Below, piece after piece: positions 51,445-60,300 of a DNA stretch of 64,000 bases. The notes under the pieces are model-generated. The model had not been told where the DNA came from. It saw only the letters and a program-made list of their open reading frames with translations, and ran no database searches. How positions within the stretch are numbered: position 1 is the stretch's first letter; every line of letters starts with the position of its first letter. Both the position numbers and the translations under genes were made by a program. The DNA comes from a virus (lineage: Duplodnaviria; Caudoviricetes), in IMG/VR virus record IMGVR_UViG_3300020336_000481, positions 83,341 to 147,340 of that record; one strand, given 5' to 3'.

Positions 51445-51951
51445 ATGAGGATATTAACGTTAGAAAATAAATGCTTTTCTTTAAATAATCTTCCAGAAGA
51501 AATAACTGAAGATGTTAGATTTAGTGTACTAGATAATTCGGATGCAAATGATCCAGACTTCTTTTTTATGCCTTTAATTTTTGTAGAGAGCTTTAACAGT
51601 CCTGCAATGGTTATGGAGATTAAAGGACAAGAGATAACAATGCCTATTGATTGGAGTATAGCAATAGGAGATCAATGGAGTGGCGGCGACTGTGAAGTGT
51701 TACCACTTACAAGTATAAATGATAGAGGCTTTGAAGCTTTATTGTTTAATCCACTGTCCAGCTATAAGTTGGATTTTGCGGATATTAAGATAACTAATTT
51801 TTATAATGATGTTAAATGGTATTTCCCTAAAATGAAACCAGGACATCTTTTGTCTGTGCCTATCACCGAAGGTAATAAACCCGAGTGTGCATTTTTTGTT
51901 AAAGATATAAGCAGACAAAGCGAACTAATTGACTATTCTAAACTGTTATAA
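51445..51951 (+). CDS. Hypothetical beta-rich protein
   Basis: 168 aa ORF directly after uvsW. Confidence 0.55.
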   Translation: MRILTLENKCFSLNNLPEEITEDVRFSVLDNSDANDPDFFFMPLIFVESFNSPAMVMEIKGQEITMPIDWSIAIGDQWSGGDCEVLPLTSINDRGFEALLFNPLSSYKLDFADIKITNFYNDVKWYFPKMKPGHLLSVPITEGNKPECAFFVKDISRQSELIDYSKLL

Positions 51952-51964
51952 CAAGGAGTAAACA

Positions 51965-52321
51965 ATGACATTAAAAGCAGGAAAGATTTGGGGTCAGACG
52001 GAACTGATCCATGCAAACGGAGTATTAGAATTTCACCGTATTGAATATAAAGGTGGGTTCAAATGTTCAGAACACGAGCATAAATTTAAATGGAACGGAT
52101 TCTTTGTTGAATCAGGAAAGATGCTTGTTCGAGTTTGGCAAGATGACCAAGAAGGTCTTGTTGACGAAACAATTTTATTACCGGGTGACTTTATGCAAGT
52201 TAAGCCTGGAAAGGTACATCAGTTTGAAGGTTTAGAAGACGGTGTAGCATTTGAACTATACTGGGCTGAATTTAACCATGACGATATTGTTAGACGTACA
52301 GTAGGTACTTCGGTAAAATAA
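51965..52321 (+). CDS. Cupin-fold protein
   Basis: KIWG, CSEHEH, VKPGKVHQF; AAGGAG RBS. Confidence 0.7.
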   Translation: MTLKAGKIWGQTELIHANGVLEFHRIEYKGGFKCSEHEHKFKWNGFFVESGKMLVRVWQDDQEGLVDETILLPGDFMQVKPGKVHQFEGLEDGVAFELYWAEFNHDDIVRRTVGTSVK

Positions 52322-52861
52322 ATGCTAACATCAGGATGGTATTTAAAACAACTTCAAGCATTACATAACGATCCAAAAAGGCCACAAGGCTTTGGAGGCA
52401 AGGTAAAAAAGTTAGGTGTATTAGAAAGTTGTATGCTAGACTGGTCAGTTACTGAAGCCTTAGACTACGGTTGTGGTAAAGGACTTATGCTACAGCATTT
52501 ACAACAAAAGTATCCTAGCATACAATTTACAGGATATGATCCTGCTGTAGAAAAATACGAGACTATGCCTGTAAGAAACTTTCAAATGTTATACAGTGTT
52601 GATGTATTAGAACATATAGAACCAGAGTACTTAGACGGTGTTCTTGATAACATGAATCATTTATCAAACGAATATCTTTGGCTACGTATTGATACATTGC
52701 CTGCACGTAAAAGTTTACCAGACGGACGGAATGCACACTTAATATTAGAAACTCCAGACTGGTGGATTGATAAGTTAAATATTTTTAATGGAGATATAAT
52801 TTATCAAAATTATAAGAAAGGAAAATTTGATGTTGCAATCAGAAAAACTAATTCCAGGTGA
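52322..52861 (+). CDS. Class I SAM methyltransferase
   Basis: LDYGCGKG, GYDP, DVLEH. Confidence 0.8.
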   Translation: MLTSGWYLKQLQALHNDPKRPQGFGGKVKKLGVLESCMLDWSVTEALDYGCGKGLMLQHLQQKYPSIQFTGYDPAVEKYETMPVRNFQMLYSVDVLEHIEPEYLDGVLDNMNHLSNEYLWLRIDTLPARKSLPDGRNAHLILETPDWWIDKLNIFNGDIIYQNYKKGKFDVAIRKTNSR

Positions 52862-53102
52862 AGCACTGATATACGAAAGAGCTAACGGTGTTGTATATGC
52901 ACGATATAGAGATGCTCCACATAATAAAATACCAAGATGGGTAATAGGTGGTGATCCGGGTGCTGTTGCAAGAGCACAAGGCAAACTATTAGACTACTCT
53001 GAATGGCAAGATCTATGTGACCTAACAGAACAAAACACTACATTAAAAAAAATAATGAATAAATTAATAACAACTTATTATATAATGAAGGAAGAAAAAT
53101 GA
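52827..53102 (+). CDS. Hypothetical protein
   Basis: 91 aa ORF, ATGA-coupled to kdsA. Confidence 0.5.
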   Translation: MMLQSEKLIPGEALIYERANGVVYARYRDAPHNKIPRWVIGGDPGAVARAQGKLLDYSEWQDLCDLTEQNTTLKKIMNKLITTYYIMKEEK

Positions 53103-53881
53103 GGATTATCGCAGGACCGTGTCAACACGAAACACTAGAAAAAAGTTTAGAAATTGCTATGGAGTGTCAAGGAGTTTGTGACAAATACGGCATCGACTAT
53201 TATTTTAAAGCATCATACGACAAAGCTAATAGGTCTAATCTAAAAGGAATTAGAGGACAAGGCTTAGCAACTACAATGGAAGCATTTGCTGAATTAAAAG
53301 AACGCATTCCTGGCTTAAAAATTATTACTGATGTTCACAACCAAAATGAAATATTAAAGATAGGTGCATACTATAATGACATTGTTGATGCACTTCAAAT
53401 ACCTGCATTTTTGTGTAGACAAACTGACTTAGTACAAGCGGCTTGTAAAACAAATAAAATTGTCAATATTAAAAAAGGCCAGTTTCTAGCACCGTGGGAT
53501 GTAGAAAACATATTGTCAAAAACAGAAGGTGCTAAAGAAGTATGGATAACTGAGAGAGGAACAAGTTTTGGATATAATACACTTGTTGTTGACTTTACCG
53601 GCCTGGACTACATGCTTAATAATATTAATGCTCCTGTGGTGCTTGATGCCACACACGCAGTTCAGAAACCAGGCGGCAATGGAAGTAGTAGCGGCGGCAA
53701 CCGCGATTACGTTCCTGGCTTATGTCGTGCAGGTAGTGCTTTGGGTATTACAAATTTCTTTTTAGAAGTACACCACGACCCAGACAATGCTCCAAGTGAT
53801 GGACCTAATGCATTACACTTAACAGACTTTAAAAAAGTAGTAAAGGAAATACATGAATACAGCTATACTAATACCCGCTAG
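53099..53881 (+). CDS. kdsA: Kdo-8-phosphate synthase
   Basis: IAGPC, KASYDKANRS, QIPAFLCRQTDL, NIKKGQF, ERGTSFGY, DATHAVQ, PSDG. Confidence 0.95.
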   Translation: MRIIAGPCQHETLEKSLEIAMECQGVCDKYGIDYYFKASYDKANRSNLKGIRGQGLATTMEAFAELKERIPGLKIITDVHNQNEILKIGAYYNDIVDALQIPAFLCRQTDLVQAACKTNKIVNIKKGQFLAPWDVENILSKTEGAKEVWITERGTSFGYNTLVVDFTGLDYMLNNINAPVVLDATHAVQKPGGNGSSSGGNRDYVPGLCRAGSALGITNFFLEVHHDPDNAPSDGPNALHLTDFKKVVKEIHEYSYTNTR

Positions 53882-54545
53882 ATACGGTAGCACACGCTTC
53901 GATGGAAAGCCACTATGTATGTTAGATGGTGTTCCTATGATAAAACGTGTGTATGACGCTTGTACTGCGTCTAAGATACCAACATACATACTTACTGATG
54001 ATATGCGTATCTTTAATATGTTTGGTGCAGACAAGTGTTGGATAGAAGAAGAACATGTTGCACCATATGCTAATGGTACTGAACGATGCTCTGGTGCTAT
54101 TACAAAGTGGCATGAACTAAAACAATACAACCAATTTGTTAATGTACAAGGTGATATGCCAGATGTTACACTGCAAATGATTGAACGTTGTGTAGAATGG
54201 TTACAGTATTATCCTATTAGCACAGTGTACACACAAATGCCTAAAGAAATGCAGAACGATCCTAACAGTGTAAAAATGGTTAGAGCGGGCGATCAAGCAT
54301 TATGGTTTGGTAGAGGTTTGACTGGATATGGCGAATGGCATTTGGGAATATACGGTTATAAAAGAAATGCATTAGAATTATATAATAGTCTTGAAATTAC
54401 TATTGAAGAAGAAACGGAAAAATTAGAACAACTAAGATGGTTAAAAAGTGGTTGGAATTTAGGCTGTTCGAGTGTATACTTTAAAGGTACTGAGATAAAT
54501 TCACCAGAGGATGTAGATATATGGCACAACCAAAACTCCCATTAA
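53853..54545 (+). CDS. kdsB: CMP-Kdo synthetase
   Basis: IPARYGSTRFDGKPL, GTER, VNVQGD, HLGIYGY, EKLEQLRWL. Confidence 0.93.
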   Translation: MNTAILIPARYGSTRFDGKPLCMLDGVPMIKRVYDACTASKIPTYILTDDMRIFNMFGADKCWIEEEHVAPYANGTERCSGAITKWHELKQYNQFVNVQGDMPDVTLQMIERCVEWLQYYPISTVYTQMPKEMQNDPNSVKMVRAGDQALWFGRGLTGYGEWHLGIYGYKRNALELYNSLEITIEEETEKLEQLRWLKSGWNLGCSSVYFKGTEINSPEDVDIWHNQNSH

Positions 54546-54979
54546 AAGACATACTTGCAGCCATTGATATGGGTGCAAAAGATGTATGGAATGAAATCAC
54601 TGAAGAAGAACGTAAGCAGATCAGCTTTTGGTTACTAAACAGATATGTAAGTAGTGTACAAGGTAATAGAGAAAAACAAGAATTAGCAGTATTCAAAACA
54701 AACGAATACTACAATAAAAATTATATGAATGTTAGTAAACATCAAACTTTGTTATGGCAGTTACTTTGCATCTCAGGTAATACTGGTAAGATTGAATTCC
54801 ATAAATGGATTGGACACAAAAAGAAAAACGGAGATATTGCAGACAAAGGTGCAAAACTACTAACAAGTTTATTTCCTAATATGAAACAAGAAGAGGCAGA
54901 TATACTTGCTAGAATATCTACAAAAAAAGAACTCAAACAATTGGCTGAAGAACATGGAGTTGAAAATTTCAAAATCTGA
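54521..54979 (+). CDS. Hypothetical, possibly clamp-loader small subunit (gp62-like)
   Basis: Helical; WLLNRYVS and FHKWI resemble gp62-type proteins. Confidence 0.4.
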   Translation: MAQPKLPLKDILAAIDMGAKDVWNEITEEERKQISFWLLNRYVSSVQGNREKQELAVFKTNEYYNKNYMNVSKHQTLLWQLLCISGNTGKIEFHKWIGHKKKNGDIADKGAKLLTSLFPNMKQEEADILARISTKKELKQLAEEHGVENFKI

Positions 54980-55658
54980 TAAACCATATATGTGTGAATA
55001 CTGCGGAGCCTCTTTTACTAGAGAAAAAACTTTGGCAGTTCATATGTGTGAGCCAAAACGTAGAAAATTACAAAAGAATGAGAAACGTGTACAACTAGGT
55101 ATGTATGCATTCAATCAGTTCTATAAACTTAGTGCAGGTGCAAAGAAAAACAAAACATACGAAGAGTTTTGTAAGAGTCCATACTACAACGCATTTGTAA
55201 AGTTTGGAAGTTTTGTATCAAATGTAAAACCTTTATACCCAGAGAAGTATATTGATTATGTTGTTACTTCAAGAGTTAAACTTGATCATTGGTGCAGAGA
55301 CGAGATGTACGAGAAGTATGCAACGGAGTTAATTTTAAAAGAGGGTGTTGAAACGGCATTAGAGCGTAGTGTACAAACTATGTTAGAATGGGCTAGTGAT
55401 AACGAGCCAGCACCATGGAATCATTATTTTAAATATGTAAGTTTAAATAGAGCAGTATGGCATATTAAAGATGGAAAGATATCACCCTGGCTTGTACTTA
55501 ATTGTAAAAGCGGTAAAGAAATGTTAAGTAAATTTAATAACGAACAATTAGAAATGATATATCATATTGTGAATCCTGAACATTGGGCATTACGTTTTAA
55601 ACGACAACATCGTGATATAGAACTTGTAAAAGAAATTGTTAAAGAGAGTAATTTATAA
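54906..55658 (+). CDS. Zinc-finger protein (true start probably about 54955)
   Basis: KPYMCEYCGASFTREKTLAVHMC. Confidence 0.6.
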   Translation: MLEYLQKKNSNNWLKNMELKISKSDKPYMCEYCGASFTREKTLAVHMCEPKRRKLQKNEKRVQLGMYAFNQFYKLSAGAKKNKTYEEFCKSPYYNAFVKFGSFVSNVKPLYPEKYIDYVVTSRVKLDHWCRDEMYEKYATELILKEGVETALERSVQTMLEWASDNEPAPWNHYFKYVSLNRAVWHIKDGKISPWLVLNCKSGKEMLSKFNNEQLEMIYHIVNPEHWALRFKRQHRDIELVKEIVKESNL

Positions 55659-56218
55659 TGCCTGATATTGATATTGATTTTGCAGATAGAGAAGCTATAC
55701 TAAGTAAACTTACACACAGAGTTGCAAAACTTGATACAGGTAAGAAACATAATACTGGTGTATATGTAAACGAAATTCCACACAATCCTGTAGATAAACT
55801 ATCTACACTTGACTACAAGATAGCAGAAGAACGCGGATATTTTAAACTAGATTTTTTAAATGTGTCTATATACAGAGATGTAAAAGATGAGGCACATCTA
55901 CAAACTCTATTAGAAAGGAAACCAATATGGCAACTACTGGAGCACAAAGACTTCGTCGACAAAGTATTTCATCTATCAGGGCACGACACACTCTTAAAAC
56001 AATTGAAGCCTACTTCGGTCGAGCAATTGGCTGCAACATTAGCAGTGATACGTCCGGCCAAGAGATATCTAGCAAACAAAGGTTGGAGCGAGATATTAAA
56101 TTGGGTATGGGTAAAACCAACAAACGGTGAATACTACTTTAAGAAAGCACACGCTGTATCATATGCCATGGCGTGTGTAGTACATATGAACTTATTGTGT
56201 GAACAATTACAAGAATAA
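55658..56218 (+). CDS. Miniature DnaE (C-family polymerase) catalytic-core protein
   Basis: PDIDIDF, HNTGV, KLDFL, IRP, FKKAHAVSY in DnaE order. Confidence 0.75.
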   Translation: MPDIDIDFADREAILSKLTHRVAKLDTGKKHNTGVYVNEIPHNPVDKLSTLDYKIAEERGYFKLDFLNVSIYRDVKDEAHLQTLLERKPIWQLLEHKDFVDKVFHLSGHDTLLKQLKPTSVEQLAATLAVIRPAKRYLANKGWSEILNWVWVKPTNGEYYFKKAHAVSYAMACVVHMNLLCEQLQE

Positions 56219-56219
56219 T

Positions 56220-56594
56220 TTATTTCTTTTTTTCTCGGCGGACTAGCTGAATACTTTTTCTTTTTACTCTTTTAACCGACAAATTACTTAGACTTACAGT
56301 TGGACCAATACTTACTTTTACGTCTTTACTGTTCATAGTCATTTGACTATACTTAAAAATATTCATCTCTGAAGGTAAAAAGATATTAATGGGTATCATT
56401 CTATTTGACTCCCACCACCATACTGCACCTAGCTCTAGAAAGGCCTGTTGTTCTTTTTCGGAATGTAATCGTGTGTAAACGTACATTGAAGTTACGTTTT
56501 GGTCTTGATTAGAGATTATACCGACGTATTCGTTGCCGCCGTAGCTTACAACACTTAAAAATGGAAAGTTTGTTTCGATGTCTTTTGTTAGCAT
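56220..56594 (-). CDS. Hypothetical protein
   Basis: WWWESNRMIPINIF; basic C-terminus; start moved to MLTKD. Confidence 0.55.
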   Translation of the reverse strand: MLTKDIETNFPFLSVVSYGGNEYVGIISNQDQNVTSMYVYTRLHSEKEQQAFLELGAVWWWESNRMIPINIFLPSEMNIFKYSQMTMNSKDVKVSIGPTVSLSNLSVKRVKRKSIQLVRREKKK

Positions 56595-56615
56595 GTGTTC
56601 CCGATAAATATACTT

Positions 56616-57401
56616 ATGCAATACGTACCTAGATATTTATTAAATAATAGAACTTCCATTATCGCAAATGATAGCGGATTTATAACGGAGTATAGACCAG
56701 TGTATCAAAATCAATTACAAATATATAAAGGCATAGACAATGTCTTACAATTTAGATTATTAAATGCAGATCAGAAACCAATAGACACCTCAGACTACAC
56801 ACCAAAGTTTCAAGCATTTGATGAAAACAAAAAATTAATTATATCACATGACGGAGTGAACTTAGACGACGGTAGTAGTCAAAGCAGAGGATTGTTTACT
56901 GTAACTGTTACAGAAAGTGATTTGTTAAATGTTTTAGATCAATACCTAAGTTATAGTATACACTTAGTTGATGCTAATGGTAAGAAAAAAGTTTCATATA
57001 CTGATACACACTTTAATAATAGTGGAACAATAAACATTAGTAGTAGTGCATTTCCTGGTCCAAATCCTACTTACAGTGTTACATCGTTTACACAAGTTAC
57101 TGAAAACACACCGTATTGGGTTACTGAAAGTTTGGACGCAGAGCCAGGAATAAATGGTAACGAAGCACTACACACAATAACAGTATACACTGATAACTAT
57201 ATTGGTGATGTAATTGTACAAGGTACTTTGGATAATCAAATAGCAGATAATACTAATTGGGCTGATATTACATCTTTATCGTTTACAGGATCAGAAACTG
57301 AACCAGTACCTGCTAACTTTAACGGAGTATTTACAAACTTACGATTTAAAGCCTCAGTAGATCCTGCATCAAAAATAAGTAAAATACTTGTTCGAAACTG
57401 A
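56616..57401 (+). CDS. Probable virion structural protein
   Basis: Beta-rich; TAAATA-N5-ATG late promoter. Confidence 0.5.
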   Translation: MQYVPRYLLNNRTSIIANDSGFITEYRPVYQNQLQIYKGIDNVLQFRLLNADQKPIDTSDYTPKFQAFDENKKLIISHDGVNLDDGSSQSRGLFTVTVTESDLLNVLDQYLSYSIHLVDANGKKKVSYTDTHFNNSGTINISSSAFPGPNPTYSVTSFTQVTENTPYWVTESLDAEPGINGNEALHTITVYTDNYIGDVIVQGTLDNQIADNTNWADITSLSFTGSETEPVPANFNGVFTNLRFKASVDPASKISKILVRN

Positions 57402-57430
57402 TTGACATACACTAATACTGATGCTATAAT
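57402..57430 (+). promoter_or_regulatory. sigma70 consensus promoter, leaderless geometry
   Basis: TTGACA-17 nt-TATAAT-6 nt-ATG(57437). Confidence 0.8.
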
Positions 57431-57436
57431 AATAGT

Positions 57437-58441
57437 ATGAGTGTAGTCAATGATATAGTTCTGACATATTTGCCGCCTAAGCGTAAGACAACGCCTAGTG
57501 GGTGGACTTCATTCAATGCACCCTGTTGCCATCATAACGGCGAATCCGCTGATACTAGACAACGTGGAGGACTTATAAGCAATCCCGATGGCGGTCTAAG
57601 TTTCCATTGTTTTAATTGCGGGTTTAAATGCAGCTGGCAACCGGGTCGCAACCTAAGTCATAAAATGCGTAAGTTCTTACAATGGAATAGTGCTCCTGAC
57701 GATGTCATCAACAAACTTGCACTACAAGTTATGCAAGAAAATGAAGGCATAGCAATTAAAAATAAGATTGCAGAGTTACCAACATTTCATACAACACCAA
57801 TGCCTCAAAGTGCTAAGCCTATACCAGAATGGGCAGACTACTGTGCTTTAGAACCAGGTGGAGTTGACAAGAACTTATTAGCAGTAATTGACTATATGAA
57901 AGAACGTAGTTTGTATATAGACGACTTTACGTTTTACTGGACACCTGAACTAGGTTACAGAGATAGACTAATTATTCCGTTTATGTTTGAAGGTAGGATA
58001 GTAGGTTGGACTGCTAGGAAAATTAAAAATGGCAATCCAAAGTACCTTAGTGAACAACAGCCCGGTTATGTGTTTAACTTAGACGAACAGCGACAACAAA
58101 AGATATTTGTTATTGTATGCGAAGGTCCAATTGATGCTATACATGTAGAAGGTGTAGCGTTACTTGGTAGCGAACTAAAAGATCAACAAGCAATGCTAAT
58201 AAACAGACTAGGCAAAGATGTTATTGTTGTTCCTGATAGAGATGATGCAGGTAGTAAACTTGTAGAAGAAGCAATACAACAAGGATGGCAAGTTAGTATG
58301 CCAAATTGGGATCAAGATGTCAACGACATAGGTGATGCTGTTAATAAGTATGGTAAACTATTTACTTTATACAACATTGTAGGTTGTGCAGAAAATAGTG
58401 CATTAAAAATAAGACTGAGAGCAAAAAGATGGTTTGGTTAA
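57437..58441 (+). CDS. DNA primase (Zn ribbon + TOPRIM)
   Basis: HCFNC, RLIIP, PKYL, VCEGPIDA, PDRDDAG. Confidence 0.85.
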   Translation: MSVVNDIVLTYLPPKRKTTPSGWTSFNAPCCHHNGESADTRQRGGLISNPDGGLSFHCFNCGFKCSWQPGRNLSHKMRKFLQWNSAPDDVINKLALQVMQENEGIAIKNKIAELPTFHTTPMPQSAKPIPEWADYCALEPGGVDKNLLAVIDYMKERSLYIDDFTFYWTPELGYRDRLIIPFMFEGRIVGWTARKIKNGNPKYLSEQQPGYVFNLDEQRQQKIFVIVCEGPIDAIHVEGVALLGSELKDQQAMLINRLGKDVIVVPDRDDAGSKLVEEAIQQGWQVSMPNWDQDVNDIGDAVNKYGKLFTLYNIVGCAENSALKIRLRAKRWFG

Positions 58442-58551
58442 AAAAGATATGGAACTTTGTTACGTGGCCTTATAGGTACATACGTGACGAAATTAAGTAT
58501 AGAAAAAAACTTAAAGAACTAAAGGAAAAGGATCCGTTTATATACAAGTGA
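58429..58551 (+). CDS. 40-aa small protein absent from the ORF track
   Basis: MVWLKKIWNFVTWPYRYIRDEIKYRKKLKELKEKDPFIYK fills the gap between primase and the next gene. Confidence 0.6.
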   Translation: MVWLKKIWNFVTWPYRYIRDEIKYRKKLKELKEKDPFIYK

Positions 58552-58552
58552 C

Positions 58553-58810
58553 ATGGTAGAAAGGATATTAACAATGAAGAACGAATTTCAAGTAGGAATA
58601 TTTGAAGTACTCAAAAAATTACTAAAAGGCAATAGTGCTTTCTTAGCAGTTATATATACGCTAGGACATATTATTATTGCTCTTAATGTAGTATATTGGA
58701 TAACTGGAGCCAGCCTGTTTGAAGCAGGATTAGTTGCTCTTCTTGAACCTGCTATTAATGGAGTTTGGTTTTATATTTTACATAGTTTGTGGAGAAAGTC
58801 TAACGCATGA
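58553..58810 (+). CDS. Small membrane protein (DUF2061-like)
   Basis: Two hydrophobic segments; EP..N..FY..H..W. Confidence 0.55.
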   Translation: MVERILTMKNEFQVGIFEVLKKLLKGNSAFLAVIYTLGHIIIALNVVYWITGASLFEAGLVALLEPAINGVWFYILHSLWRKSNA

Positions 58811-60297
58811 AGACTGTTTGGGGTATAAGTGCAAATAGCCACGATGCCGGCTTAGCAGTTTTAAAGCACGGATTTAAAGGACTAACAGATAAACCTAATC
58901 TTACTTTATTGTTTGCAAGTCACAGTGAAAGATTTTCTAAGATAAAGAACGACCCACATCTAAGTCAAGATATGGTAGACTATGCACTAGAAAAATTTGG
59001 ATACCCTAGAGAAATTGTTTGGTATGAAAAACCTTTTAAGAAAACACTACGTCAATACTTTGCAGGTCAAGGTTGGAATAGTAACGAAAACAATATTAAA
59101 GAATACTTAAATAGGTATGGTATTGATGCTCCAATATCTTATGTAGACCATCATAGGTCTCATGCCGCTGGCGGGTTTTATACAAGTCCATACAGAGATG
59201 CTACTGTAGTAGTTATTGATGCTATTGGTGAGTTTGCCACAACTACAATTTGGCAAGCCGAAGGTACTAGTTTAACAAAACGTTTTACAAAAAGATTCCC
59301 TCATAGCCTAGGTTTGTTTTACAGTGCTATGACTCAAAGGGTAGGACTTACACCAAACGAAGACGAATATATTCTTATGGGTATGGCCGCATATGGTAAC
59401 CCTAATAGATTATATTATGAGATGCACAACGATTTTTTTAAAGACAAGTCTAAAGTATTTGCACTAACACAAAATTTACACAGAGGGTGCAAGGGGTGGA
59501 GACCGGACCTCACAACAGAACAAGACATGTATGACATTGCAGCCGCGACCCAGAAGATATACGAAATGTATTTTGCTGAAATATTAATCAAGGCCAAGTA
59601 TACGTTACCTAGTAACAATCTTGTGATCAGTGGTGGGTGTGCATTAAATTGTAGTGCCAACGCCAAGGCTCTGTATCATTATGACAATATATGGATTATG
59701 CCCAACCCAGGTGATGCTGGTTCGGCACTAGGGTCAGTACTTGCAAAACATAATATGCATATAAAATGGAATGGGCCATACTTAGGGTATAACATTCCAG
59801 GACCATACCCTGTGAAAGAAATTATTGATGAACTGTTAAAAACGGGCATATGTGGAGTAGCAAATGGACCAGCTGAGTATGGGCCTAGAGCATTAGGCAA
59901 TAGAAGTTTATTGGCTGATCCAAGACGTGCTGATATCAAAGACAAGGTAAATGAAATCAAACGTAGACAGCGTTTTAGACCTTTTGCACCAGCAGTGCTA
60001 TCAGAGTATACCCAGGACCTGTTTAGTGCTTATACGGGCCCTTATATGCAGTTTACGGCACCATGTACACAAGCAGATAAGTATCCTGCTATTGTGCATG
60101 TAGATGGTACTAGTAGGGTTCAAACTGTGGGTGTAAATGATAATCCAGGATTTCGATTGTTGCTAGAAGAATGGCATAAACAAACAGGGTGTCCAATGTT
60201 GTTAAATACTTCGCTCAATATCAAAGGACAACCCATAGTAAATAACTTGACAGACGCTGAAAAATTTGCTACAATGTATAATGTAAAGGTATATTAA
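58807..60297 (+). CDS. Carbamoyltransferase (NodU/CmcH family)
   Basis: SHD, HHRSHAA, DAIGE, MGMAAYG, GGCALN, EYGPRALGNRS, FRPFAP, LNTSLN. Confidence 0.92.
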   Translation: MKTVWGISANSHDAGLAVLKHGFKGLTDKPNLTLLFASHSERFSKIKNDPHLSQDMVDYALEKFGYPREIVWYEKPFKKTLRQYFAGQGWNSNENNIKEYLNRYGIDAPISYVDHHRSHAAGGFYTSPYRDATVVVIDAIGEFATTTIWQAEGTSLTKRFTKRFPHSLGLFYSAMTQRVGLTPNEDEYILMGMAAYGNPNRLYYEMHNDFFKDKSKVFALTQNLHRGCKGWRPDLTTEQDMYDIAAATQKIYEMYFAEILIKAKYTLPSNNLVISGGCALNCSANAKALYHYDNIWIMPNPGDAGSALGSVLAKHNMHIKWNGPYLGYNIPGPYPVKEIIDELLKTGICGVANGPAEYGPRALGNRSLLADPRRADIKDKVNEIKRRQRFRPFAPAVLSEYTQDLFSAYTGPYMQFTAPCTQADKYPAIVHVDGTSRVQTVGVNDNPGFRLLLEEWHKQTGCPMLLNTSLNIKGQPIVNNLTDAEKFATMYNVKVY

Positions 60298-60300
60298 ATA

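Noticed and set aside
51445-51951. Possible stand-alone Hint-like fold after uvsW
   Set aside because: Only a vague beta-rich impression; no N-terminal Cys/Ser or C-terminal His-Asn
41309-54545. Bacterial LPS locus co-assembled as contamination
   Set aside because: Genes overlap phage core genes, are interleaved with uvsY/uvsW and use the same late-promoter boxes
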